Source: an uncultured Bacilli bacterium
Lineage (GTDB): Bacteria > Bacillota_I > Bacilli_A > RF39 > UBA660
Assembly: GCA_944363675.1 (NCBI GenBank)
Contig: CALVUT010000040.1
Span: 1 to 38,626, forward strand
DNA: 38,626 bases
Direction: 5' to 3'
Position numbers and translations under genes: made by a program. Position 1 is the stretch's first letter; each line of letters begins with the position of its first letter. Of this stretch, positions 29,236-38,626 are shown one piece after another. Below the pieces are notes generated by a model that saw nothing but the letters and a program-made list of their open reading frames with translations, had not been told where the DNA came from and ran no database searches.

Positions 29236-32151
29236 ATGTTTGTACCAATTAAGGTTATGACCGATTATTCTATGTTACAAAGCATGATCACTATCCCTAA
29301 ACTTATACTTTTTCTCAAAAAATATCATATTCAAACTTGTGGTATCTGCGATAAAAATTTATTTGGCCTCATGGAGTTTTACACAAGTATGAAAAATGAA
29401 AACATTAAACCTTTGCTTGGGTTTGAAATTGTCGTAGACTCTATTCCGCTATACCTTTATGCCCGAAATTATAAAGGCTACCAAGCCTTACTTAAAATAA
29501 ATACCTTAAACCAATCCGATGAACTTCATTTAGGCACTTTAGAGCAATTTGAGCAAAATTTAAATATCATTTTACCTTATTTATTTTTAAATCATTATAA
29601 AGATTTAAAAGAAAAATTTACGCATCTTTATATAGGCTATACAACCGAATACGAAAAGAACAACGCTAATGTCGTTACCGAAAACATTATTTTTTGTCCA
29701 AATATCAAAGCCTTTTCTATAAAAGACAGCGAATACTTAAATCTTTTGAAAGCTATTGATCTAGGAGAATCTCTAAAAGTAATGCTCAAAGAAAATTATG
29801 AAAAAAACACCTTTGAATATTATTTGAATGAAAAAATGGAAGACGATAAAACAAGCGAATTTATAGAATCTTGTACTGTGGAATTTCCTCAAAATATCCA
29901 TTACATTCCCAAGTTTCAAGAAAACGTAGATTCAAACAGCTACCTTATTGCGTTAGCCAAAAAAGGTTTAGCTAAAAGATGTCAAAATAAAGTGCCAGAA
30001 GAATATAGTAGTCGTTTAAAATATGAATTATCGGTGATTCAAAAAATGGGCTTTGCTGACTATTTTTTAATTGTCTATGACTATGTAAAATATGCCAAAA
30101 CCCATAATGTGTTAGTCGGTGTTGGTCGTGGTAGTGCGGTTGGTTCATTAGTGAGTTATTCTTTAGGTATAACCGATGTCGATCCTTTAAAATACCATTT
30201 ACTTTTCGAACGATTCTTAAATCCGGATCGTATTACGATGCCAGATATTGATATTGACTTTGAAGAAAGTGGTCGTGAAAAAGTCGTGGCTTATGTAAAG
30301 TCACGTTATGGTGAAAATTGTGTAGCCAATATCATTACCTTTGGAACACTAAAAAGTAAACTCGTCTTAAGAAGTGTCGGGAAAGCTTTAGAAGTAAATC
30401 CTGTTGTTATCGATTCCTTCGTCAATAAAATGGATGCTAAACTAACATTAAAAGAAAACCTCATGAACAAAGATCTGGCATATTATGTAACCCAAAATCA
30501 AGAAATCAAAAGAATGGTTCAAGCTGCCTTACAAATCGAAGGATTAAAAAAACACTCTTCGACACATGCCGCCGGTGTTGTAATATCCAGTGTTCCTTTA
30601 GATGAAGTCATCCCGACTTTTTATAACGGAACAGATCTATTAACAGGGTTTACTATGAACTATTTAGAAGACATGGGCCTTTTAAAAATGGACTTCTTAG
30701 TAATTACAAACTTGACCATTATGAAAAATGTGTTAGAATTGATCTACCAAAACACAGGCCAAAAATTAGATTTAAAAAACATTAATTTAAATGATCCTAA
30801 AGTTTTAGAAACATTTGCCAAAGCAGATACCATAGGTATTTTTCAATTTGAAAGTGAAGGAATGAAAAATTTCTTGCGTAAACTAAAACCAAATAAATTC
30901 TTAGATATTGTCTCTGCAATTGCTTTATTTAGACCAGGACCTATGGAAAATATTGATACTTATATTCGTCGTAAAGAAGGTAAAGAAAAAATCACCTATC
31001 TTCATGAAGACTTAAAAGATATTCTAAGTGAAACATATGGAATTATCGTTTATCAAGAACAAATTATGCAAATTTTAAGTCGCATCGGAGGTTTTAGCTT
31101 TGCCGAAGCCGATACCGTGCGAAGAGCAATGAGCAAAAAGAAAAAAGAATTAATTGAAAGCTTTGAAGCAAAATTTCTTGCCACAGCTATCCAAAAAGGA
31201 TATACAGAACAATTAGCAAAAGAAATTTACGCTTTGATCTTGAAATTTGCAAATTATGGATTTAATAAATCCCATTCAGTTGCCTATGCTATGATTGGAT
31301 ATCAAATGGCTTATTTAAAATGCTATTATCCTTTGTATTTCATTGCCAATTTATTAAATATGAACATTGACTCAGTGACGAAAACAAAAGAATACTTAGC
31401 TTTAGCTAAACAATCAGGAATAATGATATTGCCTCCAGATATCAATTTGAGTTCTTTAACTTATGTAACAAAAGAAAATACGTTGAGACTTCCGTTTGGC
31501 ATAATCAAAAACCTAGGTGTGGAAATGTCAAAAGCCATCGTTTCCAACCGTGGATCCATTGCCTATAGTGATTTTTTTGATTTCGTAAAAAGAAACTATA
31601 AAAATGCCGTTCATCGCAACACCATTGAAGCCTTAATTAAAGCTGGAGCCTTTGATTCTTTCGGATACAATCACAACACACTAACATATAATATAGACTC
31701 AGCTTTAAACTACGCCATGTTATCGAGTGATTTAGCTGATGACTACGTCATGAAACCAACTATGGAACTACAGCCACAAGAACCAGAAGAGACTTCGCGT
31801 CAAGATGAACTGGAAACCTTTGGGTTTTATTTAAGTAATCACCCAGCCAGCAAATACATGGATAAGACTATAATGAAATTAGAAAGAATAGATAAAAATT
31901 ACGATAATCGAGTCCGTTTAGTCGTGTTAATAGATCGTATTAAATCCATTTTGACCAAAAAAGGCGAGAAAATGGCTTTTGTGACAGCAAGTGACGAAAC
32001 CGCTTCTGGAAACTTTGTTTTCTTCGCACCTTTAATGAAAGAATTAGAAAAAGTGAAAGTCGGGGATTTAGTGTGTATAGAAGGGCGCGTGGCCAGACGT
32101 TTTGCCGACTATCAAGTGAATGTGAATAAAGTGACAAAAATCGGTGAATAA
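29236..32151 (+). CDS. dnaE: DNA polymerase III alpha subunit (DnaE type)
   Basis: GRGSAVGS, LLFERFLNPDRITMPDIDIDF, STHAAGVV, GLLKMDFL, YGFNKSHS, C-terminal OB fold. Start is 29227, 29230 or 29236; extended -10 TGaTATACT at 29203-29211. Confidence 0.97.
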   Translation: MFVPIKVMTDYSMLQSMITIPKLILFLKKYHIQTCGICDKNLFGLMEFYTSMKNENIKPLLGFEIVVDSIPLYLYARNYKGYQALLKINTLNQSDELHLGTLEQFEQNLNIILPYLFLNHYKDLKEKFTHLYIGYTTEYEKNNANVVTENIIFCPNIKAFSIKDSEYLNLLKAIDLGESLKVMLKENYEKNTFEYYLNEKMEDDKTSEFIESCTVEFPQNIHYIPKFQENVDSNSYLIALAKKGLAKRCQNKVPEEYSSRLKYELSVIQKMGFADYFLIVYDYVKYAKTHNVLVGVGRGSAVGSLVSYSLGITDVDPLKYHLLFERFLNPDRITMPDIDIDFEESGREKVVAYVKSRYGENCVANIITFGTLKSKLVLRSVGKALEVNPVVIDSFVNKMDAKLTLKENLMNKDLAYYVTQNQEIKRMVQAALQIEGLKKHSSTHAAGVVISSVPLDEVIPTFYNGTDLLTGFTMNYLEDMGLLKMDFLVITNLTIMKNVLELIYQNTGQKLDLKNINLNDPKVLETFAKADTIGIFQFESEGMKNFLRKLKPNKFLDIVSAIALFRPGPMENIDTYIRRKEGKEKITYLHEDLKDILSETYGIIVYQEQIMQILSRIGGFSFAEADTVRRAMSKKKKELIESFEAKFLATAIQKGYTEQLAKEIYALILKFANYGFNKSHSVAYAMIGYQMAYLKCYYPLYFIANLLNMNIDSVTKTKEYLALAKQSGIMILPPDINLSSLTYVTKENTLRLPFGIIKNLGVEMSKAIVSNRGSIAYSDFFDFVKRNYKNAVHRNTIEALIKAGAFDSFGYNHNTLTYNIDSALNYAMLSSDLADDYVMKPTMELQPQEPEETSRQDELETFGFYLSNHPASKYMDKTIMKLERIDKNYDNRVRLVVLIDRIKSILTKKGEKMAFVTASDETASGNFVFFAPLMKELEKVKVGDLVCIEGRVARRFADYQVNVNKVTKIGE

Positions 32152-32154
32152 GAA

Positions 32155-32183
32155 TAGACAAAAAAGATAAATCGTGTTATAAG
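32155..32183 (+). promoter_or_regulatory. Putative polC promoter
   Basis: TAGACA-N17-TATAAG with TG extension. Confidence 0.5.
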
Positions 32184-32201
32184 AAGGAAGGAGAGTGTAT
32201 T

Positions 32202-35200
32202 ATGCAGGATGATGTAGTAAGGTTTTTAGATAGCATTTCTTATGAAAAAGATCGGAAAAGTCTAAAAGATATAGAAATAGAAAAAGTATATTTAAATAAA
32301 GCAAAAAAATTATTTGATGTAGTCATGCGATGCAAAAGACCACTGCCGTATGAAACAGCCAGTGAACTCATACTAGCAAGTAAAAATGGTATTCATCATA
32401 AAGAAAATTGCGTAATCACATTTAAATATGATGAAATTAAAGAAGAAGATATTCTCGTTTATATGACAGAATTATTGAAAATATATAAAATGAAAAAGCC
32501 TTCTTTAGGGGGAATACTAAGTAATTTACCAACAATAGAAAATCATACGATTTCCTTTGAAGTTGGAAATAAAGCTGAAGAAGAAGATCTCAAAAGAGAG
32601 TTTTATTTTATGGAAAGTGAAATGAGTACGTTTGGATTTAATGACCTTTCTTTTACAACCGTGATGAACGAAGAACTTCAAAAAAGTATCAAAGAAGAAA
32701 TTGAACGGGAGAAAAAGGAAACGACGATCAAAGAAGAAAAGCCTAAAATCGAGGGTAACCTTCTTTTAGGAAAAGAAATCCATGGCGAACCAACGGCCAT
32801 TAATAATATCATGGGCGAGTCGAAAGGAATTATTTTAGAAGCTTATATTTTTGGAATAGATACTTTAGAACGTGAAACAATTAATATCATAACATTAAAA
32901 ATTAGTGATAAAACAAACTCTTTACTTGCTAAAATATTCAAAAAAGACAAAAAAGAATACCAGGCAATATTGGGTTCTTTAAAAGAAGGAAACTGGTATC
33001 GCTTTCAAGGAAACGTTGAATACGACAACTTTGCCAAAGACTTTGTTTTGGGAATTCGCAATCTAGAAAAAATAGATAGCAAAGACGCAGCCAATATAGA
33101 TGATGCCGAGACTCCACGAGTGGAATTACATGCCCATACTATGATGAGTGCTATGGATGGGGTCATCGATGCAACTAAACTTGTAAATTACGTTGCTAAG
33201 CTAGGGCAAAAAGCAATTGCAGTCACAGATCATAACTGTGTGCAAGCCTTCCCAGATCTTTTCCATGCAGTTGAAAAAATAAATAAAGGTAAAGAAGGTA
33301 AAGATCGCTTTAAAGTTTTGTATGGAGCTGAGATGAATATTGTTAATGATGATGTCGATTTTATCTTTAATCCTCGTGAATATCATCTTTTAGATTCAAC
33401 TTTTGTTGTTTTCGATACCGAAACCACAGGTTTTTATGCCGGATCAGACCAAATGATTGAAATAGGTGCTGTTAAAATTCAAAATGGGAAAATCTTAGAT
33501 CGTTTTGATGAACTGATTGATCCTCATCGTCCTTTACCAAAGAAAATTACCGAACTAACCTTTATTACGGATGAAATGCTGGCTGGTAAAGACACAGAAG
33601 AAAACGTAACCAAAAGATTTTTAGACTGGGCAGGCGATTTGCCAATGGTTGCTCACAATGCGAAGTTTGATATTTCTTTTATGAAAGCTGCTTGTACCAA
33701 ATATGGTTTTAAAGAATTTGATGCTACTGTTTTAGATACGATGAGTTTGGCAAGAATGTTGCATCCTGAGTGGCCAAATCATAAACTTCAAACTTTAACC
33801 AAACGTCTTGATGTACCTTGGGATGAAGAAAAACACCACCGAGCCGACTATGATGCTGAAGGAACAGCCTTATGCTTTTATAAGATGTGTGAAGTATTAA
33901 GTAGCCGTAATATTGAAACAACAACAGATTTATTGGAAGAAGTCGATATGGATGCTTTAGTACGGTTCTCCTATCCTTTCCATGCTACTCTTATTGCCAA
34001 AGATCGAGTAGGTCTAAAAAATCTATTCAAAATCATCTCCATTGCCAACACAAAATATTTATATAAAAATGAACAGCCAAAAATTCCAAGGCGAGAAGTT
34101 GAAAAGTTAAGAGAAGGTCTTTTAATTGGCTCAGGTTGTGTAAATGGCGAGATCTTTGATAAAGCAGGCAGCAAAGAAGATGAAGAACTAGTAAACATGA
34201 TGAGCTTTTATGATTATATAGAGGTTCAACCTGTCAGTGTCTTTACGCATTTAATTGGCCCAGAAAGAAAGTTTAGCAATACATATGAAGCTGAAGAATA
34301 TTTAAAAAGAATTATCCGGATAGCCAAAGAAGCTGGTAAACCAGTTGTCGCAACTGGAGATGTTCATAATTTAACCAAAGAAGATAAAATCTATCGAGAA
34401 ATTATCGTCAATCAAAAATTCAATGGTAAACTTCATCCTTTAAACAGAAGGGGAATGGAAGTGCCGAATATGTATTTAAAAACAACTGCCGAAATGTTGG
34501 AAGAGTTTTCCTTCTTAAGTGCTGAAGAAGCCTATGAAATTGTTGTTGAAAACACCAATAAAATTGCCGATGAAGTAAGTGAAGTTGAAGTCATTATTGA
34601 TACGAAGGGAATTCCTTTCGCACCCAAAATTGATAATTCGCAAATGATCGTTACCGATATGGTTTATGCTAAAGCTAAAGAATGGTATGGCGAACCTTTG
34701 CCTTATCACATTGAAGAACGAATTGCTCTAGAACTTTACGGGGCTCCTTTTATCGAAGCTGTAAAGAAAAATGCCGAATCAGAAGAAGACAGCATCATTT
34801 ATAAAAGACTTCATGACATCGTTACAAAAGGACCGGATGCTGTGCAAAAAGAAATCGCATTAAGCTTACAAAAAGAAAATACTGAATGGACAGAAGAAGA
34901 TGCCTTAAAAGAAGCCAAAGGGAAAATGACCGCGATTATTGGAGCAAACTTTGACGTCATCTATTTAATTGCTCAAAAGCTCGTTAAACACTCAAATGAC
35001 GAAGGATTCTTAGTAGGTTCCCGTGGTTCTGTTGGTTCCTCTTTTGTTGCCAATCTCATGGGAATTACGGAAGTAAACTCTCTTGCTCCGCATTATCGTT
35101 GCCCAAACTGTAAATTTAGTGAATTTAACGATGAAAATGGTGAGCCATTAGGTAACAATTACAAATGTGGTTTTGATCTTCCGGATTATAAATGCCCAAA

Positions 35201-36731
35201 ATGTGGGACTTTAATGCATAAAGATGGGCATGATATTCCATTCCAAACCTTCTTAGGATTCAATGCCGATAAAGTTCCGGATATTGACCTTAACTTTTCG
35301 GATTTAAATCAAGCTAGTGCTCACGAATATACGAAAGTGTTGTTTGGTGTCGACAATGTTTATCGTGCCGGAACAATTGGCACTGTGGCCGAAAAAACCG
35401 CCTATGGTTATGTAAAAGGTTATTGTGAAAACAAAAATATTATCATGCGTAATATTGAAATTGAACGTCTAGCCATAGGATGTACAGGTTGCAAAAGAAC
35501 GACAGGTCAACATCCAGGGGGAATTGTTGTTATTCCGGGATATATGGAAGTCTTTGATTTCACGCCTTTCCAATATCCTGCTGAAGACCCAACCAGTGCT
35601 TGGCGCACAACTCATTTTGATTACCATGCTATCGATCAAGATGTTTTAAAACTAGATATATTAGGCCACACAGATCCAACACAATTAAGAATGATTCAAG
35701 ATCTAACCGGAGACGATATTACCAAAGTACCATTAGACGATAAAGCGACAATGTCTATTTTTACGAGTACTAAAGCTTTAGGAGTAACCAAAGAACAAAT
35801 TATGTGTGACACCGGAACACTTGGTGTTCCTGAATTCGGTACGCCATTTACCATTCAACTTGTTAAAGATACCAAACCAACAACTTTTGCTGAGCTAGTA
35901 AAAATCTCTGGTTTAGCGCATGGTACCGATGTATGGCTAAACAATGCTCAAGAACTCATTCAAAAAAATGTCGTTCCATTTAGTAAAGTTATCGGTTGTC
36001 GTGACGATATCATGGTTGAACTGATGTATCAAGGCCTAGAACCATACAAAGCATTTAAAATCATGGAATTTGTTCGTAAAGGTAAAGCCAGTAAAGACCC
36101 TGAAACATGGGCAGGCTATGTCGATACAATGAAAAAAGCTAACATTCCAGAATGGTTTATCAATTCTTGTGCGAAGATTAAATACATGTTTCCCAAAGCG
36201 CATGCCGCAGCTTACGTTACCAGTGCCTTTCGAATTGCTTGGTATAAAGTACATAAACCTTTAGTTTACTATGCTACGTATTTTTCAACACGCTTCCAGG
36301 ATTTTGATATCGAAGCTATGGTCAAAGGCTATGATGCTATTCGCGCCAAAATGCTTGAAATTCAAAGTAAAGGTTACGATGCAACAAATAAAGAATCTTC
36401 TTTATTAGAAACGTTAAAACTTGCGTTAGAAGCTACAGCCCGAGGAATAAAATTTAAAAACATTGATATCGAAAAGAGTGATGGAGCAAACTTTATCATG
36501 GACGAAAGTGATAATAGCTTGATCATGCCATTTAGAAGTTTAGATGGATTAGGCGATGCTGTTGCTAATAAGATCATCGAAGAACGCAATCAAAAAGCTT
36601 TTTATAGTATTGAAGACTTCCAAAACCGCGGTAAAGTAAATCAGACGACGGTAGATAAAATGCGTGTTATGGGGGTATTTGGCAACATGCCTGAAACTAG
36701 TCAATTAAGCCTATTTGACGGAGTATTGTAG
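32202..36731 (+). CDS. polC: DNA polymerase III PolC
   Basis: RVELHAHTMMSAMDG (PHP), VVFDTETTG exonuclease, HHRADYD, GSRGSVGSS, KVPDIDLNFS, KYMFPKAHA, C-terminal QLSLF clamp motif. Confidence 0.98.
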   Translation: MQDDVVRFLDSISYEKDRKSLKDIEIEKVYLNKAKKLFDVVMRCKRPLPYETASELILASKNGIHHKENCVITFKYDEIKEEDILVYMTELLKIYKMKKPSLGGILSNLPTIENHTISFEVGNKAEEEDLKREFYFMESEMSTFGFNDLSFTTVMNEELQKSIKEEIEREKKETTIKEEKPKIEGNLLLGKEIHGEPTAINNIMGESKGIILEAYIFGIDTLERETINIITLKISDKTNSLLAKIFKKDKKEYQAILGSLKEGNWYRFQGNVEYDNFAKDFVLGIRNLEKIDSKDAANIDDAETPRVELHAHTMMSAMDGVIDATKLVNYVAKLGQKAIAVTDHNCVQAFPDLFHAVEKINKGKEGKDRFKVLYGAEMNIVNDDVDFIFNPREYHLLDSTFVVFDTETTGFYAGSDQMIEIGAVKIQNGKILDRFDELIDPHRPLPKKITELTFITDEMLAGKDTEENVTKRFLDWAGDLPMVAHNAKFDISFMKAACTKYGFKEFDATVLDTMSLARMLHPEWPNHKLQTLTKRLDVPWDEEKHHRADYDAEGTALCFYKMCEVLSSRNIETTTDLLEEVDMDALVRFSYPFHATLIAKDRVGLKNLFKIISIANTKYLYKNEQPKIPRREVEKLREGLLIGSGCVNGEIFDKAGSKEDEELVNMMSFYDYIEVQPVSVFTHLIGPERKFSNTYEAEEYLKRIIRIAKEAGKPVVATGDVHNLTKEDKIYREIIVNQKFNGKLHPLNRRGMEVPNMYLKTTAEMLEEFSFLSAEEAYEIVVENTNKIADEVSEVEVIIDTKGIPFAPKIDNSQMIVTDMVYAKAKEWYGEPLPYHIEERIALELYGAPFIEAVKKNAESEEDSIIYKRLHDIVTKGPDAVQKEIALSLQKENTEWTEEDALKEAKGKMTAIIGANFDVIYLIAQKLVKHSNDEGFLVGSRGSVGSSFVANLMGITEVNSLAPHYRCPNCKFSEFNDENGEPLGNNYKCGFDLPDYKCPKCGTLMHKDGHDIPFQTFLGFNADKVPDIDLNFSDLNQASAHEYTKVLFGVDNVYRAGTIGTVAEKTAYGYVKGYCENKNIIMRNIEIERLAIGCTGCKRTTGQHPGGIVVIPGYMEVFDFTPFQYPAEDPTSAWRTTHFDYHAIDQDVLKLDILGHTDPTQLRMIQDLTGDDITKVPLDDKATMSIFTSTKALGVTKEQIMCDTGTLGVPEFGTPFTIQLVKDTKPTTFAELVKISGLAHGTDVWLNNAQELIQKNVVPFSKVIGCRDDIMVELMYQGLEPYKAFKIMEFVRKGKASKDPETWAGYVDTMKKANIPEWFINSCAKIKYMFPKAHAAAYVTSAFRIAWYKVHKPLVYYATYFSTRFQDFDIEAMVKGYDAIRAKMLEIQSKGYDATNKESSLLETLKLALEATARGIKFKNIDIEKSDGANFIMDESDNSLIMPFRSLDGLGDAVANKIIEERNQKAFYSIEDFQNRGKVNQTTVDKMRVMGVFGNMPETSQLSLFDGVL

Positions 36732-36746
36732 AAAGTGAGTAAAATA

Positions 36747-37187
36747 ATGGAAAAAGAAAATTTGAACGAATACGTTATTCGTGTGATTACCGTAAATCAT
36801 GAAGGAAAATTTGAGGTCGTAGATTTGCCATACATAGATCATTTTAATGACTTAAACCGAAGCTGCATTATGGATTTTGCCTCAGGAACAAGAGCGGAAA
36901 TGAATAAACATCTGTTCTTTCCTGACCGCATCAACCTTATTCATGAAGAACATCAATTAGAAGGAGGCTTAACAGCCAGATTTGATCAACACTATCAAAT
37001 GCGGACCTTAAAAGAAGTAGAAGAAAATTTAGATGAAAAACAACCATTATTTCAGATTCAACCTGAATTCTGTTATGGTGAGAATCTGGTAATGTTTGAC
37101 TCAAAAGAAGATCAAGAAGAATTTCTAAGATTATACGAAACAGAAAGTGATACTTTAAAAAGAACAAAGAAGCCACCCGTTTTATAG
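36747..37187 (+). CDS. Hypothetical protein
   Basis: ORF 36735-37187 (GTG 36735 or ATG 36747) directly after polC; no recognisable motif. Confidence 0.65.
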   Translation: MEKENLNEYVIRVITVNHEGKFEVVDLPYIDHFNDLNRSCIMDFASGTRAEMNKHLFFPDRINLIHEEHQLEGGLTARFDQHYQMRTLKEVEENLDEKQPLFQIQPEFCYGENLVMFDSKEDQEEFLRLYETESDTLKRTKKPPVL

Positions 37188-37197
37188 GCAGTTTTGC

Positions 37198-37226
37198 TTG
37201 AACTTAGAGTTTAACTATGCTAAAAT
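37198..37226 (+). promoter_or_regulatory. Sigma-A promoter for rpmG-efp
   Basis: TTGAAC-N17-TAAAAT with TG extension. Confidence 0.65.
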
Positions 37227-37257
37227 ACATATAGTTTGATGTGAGGAGGTAATATTT

Positions 37258-37431
37258 ATGGCTAAAAATGAAAACAGACAATTTATTGGATTGAAGTGTT
37301 CTCGTTGTGGTAAACAAATTAGACCAACAACTAAAAATAAGAAAAACACACCAGATAAATTAGAAATTAAAAAGTATTGTTCTACTTGTCATCAAGTAAC
37401 AGTGTTTAAAGAAACAAAAATTGGAAAATAG
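37258..37431 (+). CDS. rpmG: 50S ribosomal protein L33 (Zn-binding form)
   Basis: Below ORF-track cutoff. MAKNENRQFIGLKCSRCGKQIRPTTKNKKNTPDKLEIKKYCSTCHQVTVFKETKIGK; RBS GAGGAGGT. Confidence 0.95.
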   Translation: MAKNENRQFIGLKCSRCGKQIRPTTKNKKNTPDKLEIKKYCSTCHQVTVFKETKIGK

Positions 37432-37446
37432 TGAGGAGAGTTAGGT

Positions 37447-38007
37447 ATGAATATCAATATAAATGATATCAAAAACGGGATGACCATTATTATAGATGGC
37501 AATCTTTGTCAAATTCTAGAATTCCAACATGTTAAACCAGGAAAAGGTAGTGCGTTTGTTCGAATTAAACTAAAAAATCTACGAACTGGCGCAGTCGTTG
37601 AAAATTCTTATAATACGAATATTAAAATTGAAAGAGCTAGAGTAGAACATAATCCTATGCAATTTTTATATGCAGATGGCAATAATTATGTCTTCATGAA
37701 TACCGAAACTTATGATCAAGTAGAAGTTCCTGCTGAGAAGTTAGAAAATGAAAAACGTTTCTTAAAAGAAGGTCTTGAAATTAAATTGGATTATTATGAA
37801 GGCGAATTATTAGGCGTAACTTTGCCAGAAAAAATTGAATTTGAAGTAATTGAAACAGAACCTGCTGTCAAAGGAAATACAACCAATAATGCAATGAAAG
37901 ATGCTACGATTGAAACAGGTTATACGGTAAAAGTTCCATTATTCATTAATCAAGGAGAAAAAATTATTATCTCGACAAGTGATGGAAAATATTCTAGCAG
38001 AGCTTAG
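37447..38007 (+). CDS. efp: Elongation factor P
   Basis: FQHVKPGKGSAFVR, TEPAVKGNT, VKVPLFINQGE, YSSRA. Confidence 0.98.
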   Translation: MNININDIKNGMTIIIDGNLCQILEFQHVKPGKGSAFVRIKLKNLRTGAVVENSYNTNIKIERARVEHNPMQFLYADGNNYVFMNTETYDQVEVPAEKLENEKRFLKEGLEIKLDYYEGELLGVTLPEKIEFEVIETEPAVKGNTTNNAMKDATIETGYTVKVPLFINQGEKIIISTSDGKYSSRA

Positions 38008-38008
38008 G

Positions 38009-38036
38009 AAAACAGATAAAAAATATCTGTTTTTTT
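38009..38036 (+). terminator. Intrinsic terminator
   Basis: AAAACAGATA-aaaaa-TATCTGTTTT plus T-run. Confidence 0.8.
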
Positions 38037-38045
38037 ATCCAAAAA

Positions 38046-38077
38046 TTGACAACGGGGGGGGGGTATCCATGTATAAT
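38046..38077 (+). promoter_or_regulatory. Consensus promoter with G10 tract in the spacer (candidate phase-variable)
   Basis: TTGACA-ac-GGGGGGGGGG-tatccatg-TATAAT; spacer is 20 nt. Confidence 0.8.
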
Positions 38078-38108
38078 TATTATAGGAATATTGAAGGAGT
38101 AAAATAAG

Positions 38109-38626
38109 ATGAATGAATTTGGAAAACGCAAAACAATTTTAATAATAATAGCAAGTTTAATTGTTATAGTATTCTTTTTAGGCGTGTCTTATGCTTTGTG
38201 GGTAGCTAATTTTAGTCAAACGAATGAAAATTTAGTTTCAGCTTCATGTTTCCAAATTGAGTTTAGAGAAGATACCCAAAGTATTTCTTTACAAAATACT
38301 TTTCCTATAACTGATGAAGATGGAAAAAAATTGACGCCTTATACGTTTACGATCACTAACACTTGTGAAGCGTATGCTTCGTACCAAGTGAATCTGGAAG
38401 TATTAAACACATCTACTTTAACTCATTATGAATATGTTAAGGTTGCTTTAGAAGATGATATTTCTTTACTATCCGATAATGATACTATTAAAACAACTTT
38501 AGATAATGCCTCAACATCTTTTAAACTTACAACTGGTTACCTAGATCACAATGAAAGTGTGACCTATAACTTAAGGTTATGGATTGATGAAAATGTTACT
38601 TTAGAAAGTGAAGGTATATTAAATAC
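38109..38626 (+). CDS. Exported protein with SipW-type signal peptide and TasA/camelysin-like N-terminal domain (partial)
   Basis: Not in ORF track because it runs off the window. RBS GAAGGAG; MNEFGKRKTILIIIASLIVIVFFLGVSYA-LW...FPITDEDG..PYTFTITNTC...YNLRLWID. Confidence 0.8.
   Translation, partial: MNEFGKRKTILIIIASLIVIVFFLGVSYALWVANFSQTNENLVSASCFQIEFREDTQSISLQNTFPITDEDGKKLTPYTFTITNTCEAYASYQVNLEVLNTSTLTHYEYVKVALEDDISLLSDNDTIKTTLDNASTSFKLTTGYLDHNESVTYNLRLWIDENVTLESEGILN

Noticed and set aside
34737-34928. Mini-intein in PolC
   Set aside because: No N-terminal Cys/Ser with a C-terminal His-Asn, and it is too short.
321-37176. Numerous short minus-strand ORFs of 60-90 aa and the alternate-frame ORF at 28057-28248
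   Set aside because: Nearly all lie antisense to or within well-supported genes and have no recognisable motifs; treated as shadow ORFs.
1-38626. Mycoplasma host or genetic code 4
   Set aside because: TGA ends several well-supported genes, long ORFs are intact under code 11, and sortase, LPXTG and M23 imply a cell wall.

Overview
The window has two parts. Bases 1 to ~27,970 are the right-hand portion of an AT-rich integrative conjugative element (ICE); its left end lies upstream of the window. All its genes are on the + strand. It encodes a thioester-domain LPXTG adhesin with its own sortase, SSB, an LPD28-like protein, a compact type IV secretion module (VirB2/VirB6/PrgI/VirB4-like proteins, M23 peptidase, VirD4), a repeat-rich oriT candidate, two RHH proteins and a MobL-type relaxase. 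It also encodes two unknown tandem paralogs, an ArdC-methylase-SNF2 (DarB-like) giant protein, an acidic orphan flanked by hairpins and a terminal large serine recombinase. The recombinase reading frame appears to cross the right junction (attR, ~27,973). That junction falls inside the PSDYGYA motif of a host surface-protein gene, of which only the C-terminal part remains here. The rest is host chromosome of a low-GC Bacilli-type bacterium using genetic code 11 (RF39-like, by inference): a second degenerate paralog of that surface family, dnaE, polC, an orphan, rpmG, efp, and a SipW/TasA-type exported protein behind a promoter with a G10 tract in its spacer. The most interesting signals are the recombinase apparently targeting a conserved motif of a multicopy surface-gene family, the candidate phase-variable promoter, two ~110-nt hairpins around an acidic orphan gene, and a shared C-terminal E-[ML]-[DE]-x tail on several ICE cargo proteins. 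All family calls come from motif recognition by eye; no database searches were run.
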